From Vitrella brassicaformis CCMP3155 (taxonomy: Eukaryota; Protista; Chromerida): 64,000 nucleotides of DNA. The stretch covers positions 76,613 to 140,612 of the forward strand of contig CDMY01000272.1 in assembly GCA_001179505.1 (NCBI GenBank). The letters run 5' to 3'. Made by a program: the position numbers and the translations under genes. Every line of letters starts with the position of its first letter. Positions within the stretch are counted from its first letter, which is position 1. The notes beneath the pieces were generated by a model, which did not search any database, was not told the DNA's origin, and was given only the letters and a program-made list of their open reading frames with translations. Of this stretch, positions 48,876 to 62,619 are shown piece by piece.

Positions 48876-51056
48876 ATGGCGTCTGAGGAAGCTCCCGTGG
48901 AGGGGTTGCAGCCCACCGAGGGCGAAGCGACCGGTGACCAGCAACAGAACGGACAGGATGCCGGCGGCGTCGCCGTCGGCAGACCCCTAGGACAGCAGGT
49001 CAGACCACACACAGATGCACCACTGTGGCCGAATGCATGCACCTCTGGCCTCGCTGTCGGTTGGGATGTGTGCAGGAGGAGGCTCCCAAGGGTAAACGGA
49101 ACCAACATCGCGCTGGCGTGGTTGGCAAAGCTGTGAGACATTTGTTTCTGTGTGTGGCGGTTCAGAGGGTGTGGAGGTTGCCCAGTGGACCGACGAGGAG
49201 GATCTGCGTTTGGCTCAGCTGTGTCAGGAGAAAGGGGAGGAGATAAACTGGGAGGAAGTGGCCAAGTCGTTCCCGAAGAGGTGTGTGGAGGGTGGGGTGG
49301 ATCTCACACTCACACACACAAAGCCTGAGACGGACTGAATGCTGGCGTACGGAATGGTGGCTGTGTGTTGGTGTCTGGATGGATGGATGGATGTGTGTGT
49401 GCAGTTCACCTGAAGAAGTCAAGACCCGATACTACAGCGTTGTTCAGTAGGCTTGCCTGCCTGCCACACACGACACACAGCACGTCCCTCCTCGGCCACA
49501 GCAACGCACAGACAGGCGTCCATCTCTCTTGTGTGTGTATGTGTGTGCCACTCACCTGCAGGGAGCGGCTGCAGATGAAGCACCCCGGCGACCCGCTGAC
49601 CCAGGGCATGATGGCCGGCCAGGCGGCGCCCGCTGCTGCCGCACCATATGGCGTTCAGGCACCGTACGTTCAGCCACCAGCCCAATACCAATTCGCACAA
49701 CCTAAAGCAGCCGCTCCTGGTACCGTACCGCACACACATTGTGACACGGAGGGGTAAATGGCTGGGTGCAAGGATGGGTCATGGATGCGCTGTTTTGTCG
49801 CTGGTGTCGGTCGGTCGTATGTGTGTGCAGCAACTGCATCATCGCCTACGTTGCAAGCCGGCCAGGCCGGGTCACAGCCCGCCAGGTTCGGTGCGGCAAC
49901 CACTGATACAGACAGCTCGATGCATCCCTTCCTTTGTGTGGTCACTGCACTCCTTTGCCTGTCTGTCTGTCTGTCAGTGGCGAGACTGCGTCGGTGCCGA
50001 TGGCTCACGCCATTCCATCGTACCCGCCGCCCCAGGGCGGCTACCCCTGGCCCATGGCATCGCCATACGGCATGCCGCCTCAGGGGTATGCGGCAGCACG
50101 GCCCGGGCAGGCGCCCCCGCACGCGTGGTACTACCCTCAGCAGATGGCAGCACACATGCCGTACGCCATGCCATACGGGGCCATGCCACCTGGTTATGGG
50201 CGGCCGGCGATGGTTCAGCAGCCGGTGAGGGCCCCGGCGGGTCCGCGCGGGCCGCGGATGGTGCAGATAGCGGCTGTGGCGGGGCAGGAGCAGGTCAACG
50301 GGGAGGGCAAGGAGGGGCAGTCGAAACTCATGGAGGAAATGCGAAGGTAGGTACTCACACACGCGCACAGGGAGGGGCCGTGTGGACACCGACTCAATGC
50401 TCTCTGTGTGTGTGTATGTGATATCATCAGAGTTGGTCGTTCTGAGGAGGAGCAGGTCAAGGCCGAGCTCGCCGTGGCCGGCAAACAAGGCGGAGGACGG
50501 TCAGCCAACGCACCAACCCATCACATATATGACATCTTCCTCTGCTCTGGTCTCGTTTGTGCCCACAGGGGCGTGTCGGCTTCGCTGGCGGCCGCGGCCT
50601 CCATCTTCGAAACTGGCACCGTTCCCGCACGGTAAGTAACCAACACCCACCCACACTCGCATCATCTGTGTGGGAATGCTGGTTGGTTGGTTGATGCGAT
50701 GCAGTGGCCGGGGGCGTGGTGGCGGGTCTCGCGGCCGTGGGCGTGCTGCGGCTGCTGCCAGGGCTGCTGCCCGTGGTGAGGATGACGAGGAGGGCGATGA
50801 GGGCGATGAGGGCGATGAGGCGTACGAGGAGGGCTTAGATGAAGACTGGGAGGAGGATGACGAGGACTTCCGCGTCAGTGCCGCCGTGGCCCGCAAGCGT
50901 GCCCGCCGCGAGCGGGGCGGCGATGACGACGACGACGAGCATGAGGAGGGCGACGACGAGGCCAGGCGACCCCGCCGATCCCGACGCACCAAGAGCACAC
51001 TCAAGCGATTCGAGGACTACGACGTCGGGGACGAGTTCTTCCTCTGCCAGGAGTGA
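48876..51056 (+). CDS. Single Myb/SANT domain protein with Q/P/Y/M-rich middle and RG-rich plus acidic tail
   Basis: WTDEEDLRLAQLCQEKGEEINWEEVAKSFPKS|SPEEVKTRYYSVV, then GRGRGGGSRGRGR and D/E runs. Confidence 0.8.
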
Positions 51057-51227
51057 AGGACAGACTCACATCGACACACACACACATACCACACACCACA
51101 CACGCCATAGCAGCTAGCGTAACCTACATGCCCGCCTGCCTGCCTGCCTGCGTACCTAAGTTGTGACACCTATGGATGGATGGATGGATGGCTGCACGTA
51201 CGTATGAGGAGGGGGGGGGGGGAGAAA

Positions 51228-51527
51228 NNNNNNNNNNNNNNNNNNNNNNNNNNNNNNNNNNNNNNNNNNNNNNNNNNNNNNNNNNNNNNNNNNNNNNNNN
51301 NNNNNNNNNNNNNNNNNNNNNNNNNNNNNNNNNNNNNNNNNNNNNNNNNNNNNNNNNNNNNNNNNNNNNNNNNNNNNNNNNNNNNNNNNNNNNNNNNNNN
51401 NNNNNNNNNNNNNNNNNNNNNNNNNNNNNNNNNNNNNNNNNNNNNNNNNNNNNNNNNNNNNNNNNNNNNNNNNNNNNNNNNNNNNNNNNNNNNNNNNNNN
51501 NNNNNNNNNNNNNNNNNNNNNNNNNNN
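51228..51527. other. Assembly gap (300 N)
   Basis: N run; both flanks read (G)n-AGAAA. Confidence 0.99.
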
Positions 51528-52589
51528 GGGGGGGGGGGGGGGGGAGAAATCCAGACAGACAGACACAGAGAGATACAGAAAGATACAGAAAGATACAGGA
51601 GGAGGGACAGGGAAGACAGTAAAGACGGCCTGACTGCCACGCCATGCCACGCCATGCAGGCGTGCGCAGCACCACCCGCTCTCTCACTCATCCATCCATC
51701 CACCCACCCACGCCATTCCATCCATTACACACACACACACACACACACACAACAGAGACAGACAGACTCACACACCAAGACAGCAGCGGTGGTCAATCCA
51801 CTGCCTGCCCTTCTAATTAGGCTGGATGGCTGACGTGGGATGGGATGGCGGGTGTCGGCTGCGTGCGTGCGTCGCGTGCGGTTGTACTGTAGAAGTGGTG
51901 GTGGCGCTTACACTTACAGGGAAGGAAGGGGAGGGGGAGAGATAACCGACCGACTGACTGTCTGACTGACTGACTGACTGACTGCCTGATTGCCTGATTG
52001 CCTGACTGGCTATACCATGTTGTTATGCAGTGCCGTGCTTTGTGAGTGACGATGGTCAGGCCTGCCTGGATACACACAGACGTCTGCTGGTGCCGTGCCG
52101 TGCCGTGTGATACGCACGATGGATGGTGTTTGTATGCCTGCCTGCCTGGATGGATGGTGTGTTGGCCTGGATGCGATCGATGCCCGCCCGCAAGGATGGA
52201 TTGGATGGAGTGTCGTGTTAGTTTTTCTTTGTGGTGGATCTCGGTGCAAATGGACTCAACAGCACAGACTACTAAAGCACTTGCTTGGCGCCTGCTTATC
52301 CGAGCATCTCAAACCGTCCATCCATCAGGCGCACCGCGAGCTTAAAGATGCTTGCGAGCTGATAATTGCAGGAGCTCAGCTGTCCCACCCTTCCCCAGCA
52401 AGTGCAGCCAGCCTCACGGAGGCGCTATCCCTCAGGCACTGACATCTGACAAAGGCGACAGCACAGCGAGCAAGCTACACCTCGGGTCACCGACGGTCCG
52501 TCCCGACGGCCAAGCACACGTGTGTTCGGCTCCCTGGACCACCGCAGCCATCGTGTGTCTAGGCGGCAGGGCCCCGTGTGCTGTTTGCC

Positions 52590-55500
52590 ATGATTCGGCG
52601 TCAGTCCCATCGATGGGAGTTCGAGGCCTCCACTCACTTCTTCCTCATCCGGCCGCGGGCCTACTTCTCCAGTCGGCAGGCGGCAGAGCTCTCGTCCTCC
52701 CCCTCCACCCCGCACGACAACTCTCTCGTCATCGACCGCCGCACCAGGAGCATCACCACCGTCCCGTCCAACGCGCAGCTCATGCAGCAGCTGATGCAGC
52801 GGCCGGCAAGGCAGGGCGGCGAGCGGGACAAGTGGGTCGAGAGGAGGGAGTTCGACGCGCTACTCGGCGTCGTCACGATCGAGAATGCCGCTTACCTGGT
52901 GCTGGTGACTGACAGTACCAAGATCTGTTCCATGCCGTCGGTGGGCGGGGCGTCCAAGGACAACAAGGACATCTACACCATCAAGGCGGCCGAGTGCATC
53001 CCCTATCGGCCGTGTCCCCCCGGCATGCCACCCGGCGCACCATCGGGTCCCGCGGCGCCGGCGTCGAGCGGCCCAGGCGGTCTCAAGGGCGGGGATCATG
53101 CCAAGTATGTGTCCAACATCGAGAAGCTGCTCAGCTCGGGCTTCTACTACTCGTATGACTATGATCTCACCCACACACTGCAGCGAAAGAGGAACCAAGA
53201 GTAAGCAAGCTGATTGCGGGCGGGGGAGATCTGCTGTGTGTTGTGTGGCTTCTCATGTGCTGTGTGTTGTGTCAGGCTGTCGTCTGCTGAGAGTGCCCCA
53301 TTAGTGGAGATAGCAGACGAGCGGTTCTTCTGGAACCGGTGGCTGTGCCAGCCCTTCCTCGACAGCAAAGTCGCCCCCTACTGGCTCGTACCAATCGTGC
53401 AAGGTGACTACCCCACCTAAACTAAACACACACACTCCCGTAAAGGGAAGGGGCTATGCACTGACTGCACTTGATTGTATGTATGGTTGATGGTATGTAT
53501 GGTGGGTTCGTGCGTGCAGGTCACGTGAAGATGGCGAGCCTTGAGGAGGGCGGCAACCGGCTGGATCTGATTCTCATCAGCCGGCGGTCGTGCAGGCGGG
53601 GCGGCACGCGCTACAACGCCAGGGGCATCGACGACGAGGGGCAGGTTGCCAACTTCGTCGAGACCGAGCAGCTCACCTATATCAACAGACAGAGGGTCCT
53701 CTCCTTCGTACAGATACGCGGATCGGTGCCCGTCTTCTGGGAGCAGACTGGTGCGTGCGGTGGGGTGGGAAGGAACCAACAGGCAGGGCAGGAGATGAGG
53801 GAGGCTTGGCTTGTCGCACTCTGTGTCTGTCTGCCAACCGGGTGGGGTGATGTTGATGTGGTGTGTCCACCAGGTTTGGCGGCCAACACGACAGTGACCC
53901 GGCCGCCGTATTTCACGTACAAGGCGTGCAAGCGTCACCAGGACGAGATCATCCACCACTACGGCGAGATCATGTACGTCGACCTACTCAGCGGCAACAA
54001 ACTGCAGGAGACCCGCATCACCGAGGCCCTCAACAAGCAGCTCTCACACCTCTGGTGCCCACGGCCGGAGGACGGACGGCCGCCTGACGCTCCCCCCATC
54101 CCGCAGGGCGAGGCCGGCAACCCTGGGGGCCTCGAGGCCAAGTACAAGAAGCTCCTCTCCTACACACACTTCGATTTCCACCAAGAGGTCAGTCAGTCAG
54201 CTCATGAGACATACAGACAGCACAGAGAGAGGGATAGATGTGAGGTGTGTGGGCGTGTGTGTGTAGGTGAAGGATCTGGGGTTTGAGCTGGCGCTGCATT
54301 CTCTGATCCACTCGAAGCTGACGCCCTTCTTGTCACGGTCGGGCTTATACGACTCTGACGACCCCTCCAAGTGGCAGACGGGCGTCATCAGGACCAACTG
54401 CCTCGATTGCCTCGACAGAACCAACGCCGTCCAGTGGTACGTTCTCGCCATCCATCCATCCGCATACGCACACACGCTTCCACGTGTGATGAGGATGGCT
54501 TGGTCTGTTTGCTTGCGTGTGTGTGTGTTGGTGTGTTGGCTTGAAGGTACATCACCTGGTCGATGCTGGCGCAGCATCTCATGCCCATCCCCGCCCTCCA
54601 GGTCTTCGTCGCCGAGGAGACGCCTGCCGGCTCGCAGCAGCAGCAACAGCCGATGGTGAGCCAAGTGAAACGACCGACCAGCTGGCCACGGCAAACACAA
54701 TGGCCATTGATTGCATGTGTGTGGGTGCTGTCTGTGTCACATCAGGCGCAGCCGCAGCTGGTAGGGACTGCGATGGAGAAGATGGAGAAGGCGGCGGACG
54801 GCCTGCGGTCCAACTCACAGATGCAGCTGGAGCCTGAGAGGGTACCGCCACTCAAAGCAATGCTCTCGTCCATGTGGGCTGAACAGGTGAGCTAGCTGCG
54901 CAGAAGAATGCCGTTGTTGTGTGGTCGAGGGTCGTTCCCGTCTCCCCCCATTTCGTGTGTGTGTGTGTGTGTGTAGGGCGACGCGATATCAGTCCAGTAT
55001 ACGGGGACCGGGTCCATCCTGTCGTCTGTCATCAAGCAGGGCAAGTCGTCCATCACAACCAACATAGAGCACGCACTCCGCTCCATCGGCAGGTACAGAC
55101 AGCCTGGCACATGAAGAAGACCGACCGACACACCCACACCTCCCTCCCTCTCTCTCTCTCTCTCACCCATTGCCATCATTGCCATCATGATGCACTCACG
55201 CAGGTTCTACCAGAACAACTTCGAGGACAGCCTGCGTCAGGAGTGCATCGACCTCCTGCTCGGCCGCCACCGCATCTCCGGCACCCGCACCACCAGATTC
55301 GAAGACCCCTCCATGGCGGCATACCCCCGTGACGCCTCAGCCCCGCCCCTCCCCACCCGCCCCAACACATCCGAGGGCACCTCCCCCATTGCCCATGGCG
55401 ACGTGCTGCGCGAGCGGCACGCCACCGACCACGACGTCATCCCTGAGGACAACGCGCCCACTGATGGCACCCAGCACAAGGCCGCCATCAGGAGGATGTC

Positions 55501-58500
55501 CACCACGGGCGGCGAAGGGGCCCAGGGCCGGTCCAATGCGCCCAAGCCAGCCTCCTCCTCTGCACACCACCACCCCGGCCACCATCCTCACCACCACCAT
55601 CACACGTCACGGGGTGGCGGGGCGTCGTCAGGGCCGCTGTCGGGCGGGATGTCTGTGAAGGACCCCAACCGGCGTCGGCTGACGGTTTGGGTGGGGAGCT
55701 GGAACCTGGGGGGCAAGAGGCTGGACGGCACCATTCGGCACTGGCTAGAGCCCGACCCCGGCTGGCAGCCCTGGTGGGAGAGCCTCAAGGACAAGTATGG
55801 CGTCTCCGCCCCGCCAATCCGCGAGGACGACCAGGCGGAACACCTCCCGGACATATTCATTCTCTGCATACAGGAACTGGTAGGCACCGCACCCCGCCGG
55901 CCGGGCAAACAAGACAGACACCACCGCCAGTAGTCTCTTGTTGATGGATGTGTGTCTGTGGTCAGATTGAGTTGTCCGGCTACAATGTGATCATGGGCAG
56001 TCCAGACAAGGACCGGGAGGAGGGCATCGAGAGCGCCGTGGACTTCATCCTGCGCAACCTGGGGCTGCGCGGTGCGTCAGGTCAGCCGCTGTATCGGCGC
56101 GTGCAGAGTGTGGCGATGGTGGGCCTCTACTCGGTCATGTTCGCCAAAGACGCGCTCAGGGAGGTCCTCTCGGGCTTCGACGTCGGCTCCGTCAAAGTGG
56201 GCTTCAAGGGCAGCACCGGCAACAAGGTAAGGTACACCCATGGTGTGGCCACACACACGCAAACCAAGAATCGGCCAGCGTGTGTGTGTATGTGGGTGGG
56301 TGTGATTTGATTGCCCTCCTATTGTCCAGGGTGCCGTGTGTATCCGATTTGTGGTCGGCGCCACTCCTGTCTGTGTCGTCAATGTGCACCTCTCCCCTGG
56401 TCAGCCACCACGCAGCCCAACACAACACAGCACAACACAGCGTGTTGTGTGTGCAGGTCAGGAGAAGGTCGACGAGCGGTGTCGTGAGTTCCGTAGCATC
56501 CTGCAGCAGGCCTTCCAGAGCGTGCGGTCGCACTACTCCATCCTGGAGCACGACGCCATCATCGTGGCCGGCGACTTCAACTTCCGCGTCAACATGGACA
56601 AGGACGACATTCGCAGGAACATGACAACCGAACAGGGCATTCAGAAATGCATCTTGTAAGCTAAGTCCTATGAATGAATGGCATGGCAACACTGGCCGAA
56701 TGGCTGGCTGGCATAGTCCTTGAGCACTGGTCTCTCTCTGCGTTGCGTGTGTGTGGTCAGCCACGATCAGCTGACCCGTGCGCGCAAGGCTGATGAGTAT
56801 TTTCGTTACTTCCGGGAGCCGCCGCTGCGGTTCGGCCCCACCTACAAGTACATCGCATGCAGCACCGAATTCGACTGGAAGAGGGCACCCGCATGGTACA
56901 GCCCACACACACTCACACACGCACACCCTCACCCAAACCACCCATCCCTTGTCCTGTCGTCATGATCCATCCGTCCATCCATCCGCTCACCGCACCATTG
57001 TCTGCTTGCAGGTGTGACAGGATTCTGTTCACGGGCAAGCAGATCCGCTCCCTCACCTACTGCCGCCACGACCTCTCCACCAGCGACCACCGACCCATCT
57101 CGGCGCTGTTCGAGGTGGTGGTCCGCCTGCGGCCGCCACAGTACCGGCCGCAGAACGGCGTGCCCTACCACCACCCGCCCAACCACTCGTACCGATACGA
57201 GATACCCACCACGGCGGGGTTGAGGGTGGAGGGGGAGTCGCCCAGGCTGACCGTGCACCCGCCGCTGAGGGCGCCAGACGTCGCATACAACAACGATGGA
57301 CGGGTAAGGGCAAGGAGAGGAGAGAGGATGGGATGCCTGTCTATCGAGCTAACAGGGGGTATTCTTATGCCTTGTCCGTGTGTGTGCTGCAGGAGTCCTC
57401 GTCTGGGCCGCGGTCTGTCCGGTCTGCTGAAGAGGCCAGGAGGTGCGTGAGATCCTCAGACCAACACATGAACAAACAGCCGTGACTTGCTGACCGCTTC
57501 GTGTGTGCGCGCGTGGCTTCCTTTCTTCCTTCAGTGAGTCTGAGAGCGTCGCCGAGTCGTTCACTCTGATCGACCTGTCCGACAGCCAGTCCCCCTCCCT
57601 CTGCCCCCAGCCCCCGCCCCCATACCCATCCAGCGCACCATCCTCACCCCTACCATCAGTCATCCACACACCTTCAGAGCCGCCGCTCTCCTCGCCCGAG
57701 TGGACGGCATCTGAGGCACCATCGCCATCAGTCTCTCCGGACCCCAGGCCACCGCATGACGAGTCGAAGACGCAGCAAGCTTCGTCGTCATCAGGACCAC
57801 CGCCACGACCAAAAGCGGCGAGCAGTGGCAAAGAGCCGGCTGCCAACCTCACGTCGCCGGGGCTGGGCAGAGGTGAGGAAGGAAGGCGACACGGGGAAGG
57901 TTTCGTCGGCCATGGAGGCTTACCTGCGCACTCGTGTGTCCACTCAGGTGGCAAAGGCGGGCTCTCGGCGCCGCCAGAATGGGCCATCGTCAACACATCC
58001 GGATCACAGGTGCGATGCACACCTGATAAAGAGAAGAAATGCCCTCATTGACCATTGTCGCTGTCTTCCGTCATGTGTGTGCAGCGGTCCGTGGCGTCCG
58101 GCTCATCCGGGGAGTTCTCATCCGAGTACGAGCTGCTGGCGGCCCCGTCGCGCCTCCCGTCGTCCAACTCGCCCTCACAAGGGGCCTCATCGCCGTCATC
58201 GTCTCTCAGGCCGCCCCCTCCCCCACCCCCACCCCCACCAGCCCAGCCGCAACCTCAGCCAGCGCCCCCTGCACCGGTGCGCCCATCGGCTGCGACGGCC
58301 AATCCGCCTGTCGCAGCGGTGAGGACCGTGCAGGGGCCACTGGCGCAGCAGAATGGGCCATTGGTCCCCGCACAGCCTGTGCCAGCGTCGGTGTTGGCGA
58401 AGCGAGAGGAGGGGCATTCGTCTCTTGTGGACTACCTTAGTTCATCACGTGAGCACGCAATACACTGATAGCACGTACACACAGAGTCTGCTGTATGTCG

Positions 58501-59158
58501 TTGGCGTTGGTGTGTGTTTCGCTGCGCAGTTGCGAGCTTGCCCGAAGATTTGTTGTCAGCCCGACCTCGCGAGCAAGGTGAGACGGCCGAGCAACACTCG
58601 GTCGTGGGACAGATGAAAGACACTGATCGACCGATCTGTCTGTGTTTTCGACGAACAGATTTGTTGTCTGGTTCCCCGTACCACCACCGCCACGTGAGCA
58701 ACCCACTGTCGCCCCTGATGCTGGCAGCAGACAGCGTCCGCCCAACCTCAACCGTCAGTAGCCATCCCCCCGTGCCCCTTCCCCCCACACGCCCGTCCCC
58801 TCCCTCCTCCTTCCACCACTACATCGACAACATCCACGACAGTCGACTCATGGCCACGGCCGCGCCACCAAGTGCTGCGAGCGTCCCTCTCATGGGCTCC
58901 TCGCCGCCCGGCCAGTCTTTGTGGGCGGGCGGTGACGGGCGGGGTCGCGCCCCCTCTCCTGAGCCTGCAGTGTCGCATTCGATGGGCGACGCCAGCCTAG
59001 ATGACGTCTTTGGTGCCGCTGCTGCTGCTTCTGCTTCTGTGATGGGTGGCGAGTCGGGTCAGAGGGATGGAGGTGACGTGAAGAAGCAGCATCAGCAGCA
59101 GCCGCCTCAGGACGATCTGATAGACGATTGGTGGATGCAGGATGGGGCCAAAGAGTGA
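52590..59158 (+). CDS. Synaptojanin-like phosphoinositide phosphatase (SAC domain plus inositol 5-phosphatase plus Pro-rich tail)
   Basis: SAC domain: [48 protein letters not shown], and intact CX5RT in [12 protein letters not shown]. 5-phosphatase: [34 protein letters not shown]|CDRIL, SDHRPI. Confidence 0.93.
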
Positions 59159-59543
59159 TGTGTGTATGTGTGTATGTGTGTGTGAGTTGTTAGTTGAGAG
59201 AGAGAGAGTGTGAGTGAGATGAGATGCGGATTTTTCGCGCCGTGTCTGTCTGTCTGTATTTGCCCTGCATGCTTGTGTGGTGTGGAAATTGCGCCTGCTG
59301 GTGTGGGTGGGGGAGAGATGGTGGGCGGACGGACGGATGGTGGGCGGATGGGATCATGGAGTGGGAATGGATGTGACGAGACTAGTCTCAGAAAGGCTGA
59401 CGTGCGATGGACATCATGGCCGAGGCTGATCCATATGTGTGTGTAAAGCGCTTCATGCACTCATCTATGCAAAATCGTCATCGGCACGAATCACACACAC
59501 AGAAGTAGGTCCTCCCCTCCTGAGTTATAGGGTATCTGTCATA

Positions 59544-61902
59544 TCACCCGCGGCGCTTGACCTGCAATACAAATCTATCGCATTCGACATCGAATTGGTT
59601 CGAGCAGAGGCCGGTCAGGCTGTGCTGAGCCCGGAAGCGACACGCCACCTTTCTACCCACAGTGGTGTGACCAAAAAAGGTCACGGACGTCTCCTTGTGG
59701 CCCTGCCCGCAGGAAAAGCATACATATAGAGATCGGTGGTGGGCGTGTCTGACTGGCCAGCTGCCTTCCTTCCTTGTGTGTTACTCTGAGTTTGGTGGAT
59801 GAGGCTACCACCGCCATGACGTTGCCATAGAACGCATCGAAGTCGGCATCCGTCACATCACCTGAAAGGCACACAAACTCGCAACCGAATGGCGATGAAA
59901 TGGCGGCCCGATTTCATCTGGCTGGTACGTACCTGTGATATGGAAGGTCACCTTTTCAATGGCGGGCAGATGGGCCGCGTGTCGACCCAGCTCCAAGCCA
60001 TTCCTCGCACCGGCTGTGGTCAGCGTGGCCGAAGGGATGCTGCGCAAGTCTAGTGTGAGGGTCCTGTCGGTCTTGGTCCTGGCGTAGTGGGACTGGAGGG
60101 CTCTGAGAAAGGGCACGATAGCGTCGGGCTCAGCCGGGGATGTCCGCGCTAGCACCGTGGTGAGCTTGCGCATGCAGGCCGCGATGTCGGCGGCCCTCTC
60201 CTGCTTCTCTGGCGTCGCCAAAGCACTCGACTCCAGCTCGAGGGTGTCGGCCTCTGGAAACGTGCCATCTGTGATACCACTAGCACCCGCTGCACAGGTG
60301 GCTGCTGCTGCGGTCCCTTCTTGGGCCGTCTCCTCACCCCCTGAGTATACGACTTGGCCCAAGTGAGCAGCGAGATGGCCGACAATCGCTCGCACCAGCG
60401 GCCTGCGGTGAGTGCAGCCCCAAGACACGAGCTCCGCAGCGATGCTGCACTGGTAGTCCGTGTCTAAGAAGGACTGGGGACTCGCGAGGGCATCAGGATG
60501 CATGACAGCACCACTGCACGCACACACCGCACAATGCGAGTAGGAAAGAAAGGTGCTACTACGCGGCCTTACGCGAGGTCAGCCACTTTCTCGATTCGGA
60601 TGCGAGTCCCATCGTCGTTGCGCATGTCGTCACCAGGAAGAATGTCCATGCCCATATGGCAGAGCGTACGGTTGACACCCCGCCCCACCAGAGTGTCGCG
60701 CAATCGGTCGATATGGTGGGCCCGTGCCTGCCACACCTTGACTGGCTTAAGCGAACGGAGACTCGACAGAGAGTTGCTGGGTGAAAGAACACGGAGGACC
60801 TCCACCAGCTCTTCCCCTTCACCGTCCTCCTCAATTCCCCCAAGGTCGATTTCCTCGAGACTCTCACACCCGCTGATCCACGGCTTGACGGCCTCAGTGG
60901 ACACAAAACCTCGGTCAATCGCGAGACTTGTGAGGTTGGGGGTGCACCAGCTGCGGCCAATGCGAAGAGGGGCAAACTCTACCGACAGGCCAACGACCGT
61001 TGTGAGCGCGGGCAGGTGGACGGGGGCGGAGGGGGCGGGGAGGGGCTCAGATGAGGGGGGCGGGTGGGGGATGCGAATGCTGTAGAGAAAGAAGAGCCTG
61101 AATTCCTCAAAGGACAACACTTCCAATGTGCCCTCGTCTGCCGACTGGCTGCGGTCATCATCTCGCCCTGCCGCGGCAGCAGCTGCCCCCTCCCCGCCCT
61201 TCCTCTCCTGTCGTTTCTTGTCTGCGATGGCCGCCCTGCCGAAGGCGTGACCTTCCACCACGGCCACCCAGGTCCCGCGGCACCAGCAGTCGCAGTCCTC
61301 GGGGTAGCGGTGCTTGATCTCTCGCACGTTTGCCGCCCTCTTGCCCCATCTGTGTGCCACGGCCAGCGGCATGGTCTCCCACATGCGCCGTGCGGTGTCG
61401 TTCTCACAGTCGATGACCAGGTTGGTGTAGTTGGCGGCCGACTGATGGAAGAGGGGCGTGCCGAGAGGCCGGCGGTGGCGCGTCAGCTCCCAGGGCTGCA
61501 GGTGGCCGAAGACCTCGGAGAGCTCATCACGGGACAGACGAATGCGAGCCTGGCATGGAAACGGGGAGGGCATCGATATGTGACGGACTCATACTATTCT
61601 CGCGCATTGCTGGCCCTTACTGGTGTTTGGTGGATGGGTGCATTGCCACTCTTATGAATCAAACGATACGATGGGCCGGCGACTGCCGGAGCCTACAACA
61701 CCACCACAGCAATGCAGAATGGAGAGATCCCTGCGTCACGATGGCCGGGCACGTCACCCGCTGATCTCACCAGTGCCTCTGTGTGTTGAGGGCCCGCCGC
61801 AGCAGCAGCCTCCGTGGTCGGTGTGAGTGCATCCACAGCACCGGCCAGGCCGGGCTCTCCCTGCTCCAGCTGGGTGGTGAGTGCATTCAGCAGGGAGGCC
61901 AT
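59544..61902 (-). CDS. Member of a lineage-expanded uncharacterised family (F-box-like N-terminus, LRR-like body)
   Basis: LSRDELSEVFGHLQPWEL...AANYTNLVID...WGKRAANVREIK, LPALTTVVGL and WISGCESLEEIDL resemble a repetitive Vitrella-type family as I recall it. Predicted exon 1 is 61902 to about 61769, followed by phase-compatible exons. Confidence 0.6.
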
Positions 61903-62619
61903 CGAGCCCAGCTGATGATTGAGCACCCATGCCTCAGGAGACGACGCCTGAAGATGAGATGAGCCGCACAAGACCACAGTGGACGGCCCTTCGGCGCCTT
62001 TTCTCAGTCAGTGAGTTTGACCCACCTGTGCAGCGATGCTGGCGGCGTCTTGCTCAAGAAGGCGCGACAACCGTGCTATGATCTATTCACACAACACACA
62101 CCACCACGCGCGCACACAGCACTGTGCAGCCGAGGAAGCAGCAAGGAAATGGCGTCGTATGGCGTACGTACCCTATCCTGAATGGGCTGCAGGTGCACCA
62201 AGCTGTCCTTCACAGCCTGTGCATTCGCAACAAACTAAAGGGACGCCGAGCAACACACACAGCAGAGCAGTGAAGGCCCTTCTCCGTCTGGATTATCTCT
62301 TCTGTGGTCGTGTGTCATCCTCTGCCCCAGCTGCCTTGTGAGCCCTCAAGAGCCCTCCCGCTCATCGCACTCACCTGACTGACGTCCATGGCGGATCAGT
62401 CCACGTGTGCTGGCGACGGAAACCAGCCACAAGCTATCAGATCGCACAGGCGGCAGCAATCACTCTCCTGCGATGAGTCTAAATCCTCAAAATCGCAGGA
62501 TGACACACACACGAAGACCATGACCAACAAACTCATGCCAGCCTCCCAACTCGCAACCGCTCACCGCATTCATGAGAATGCCTCAAGAGCGCAGACCTGC
62601 CGTGTACCACATCATGCTC

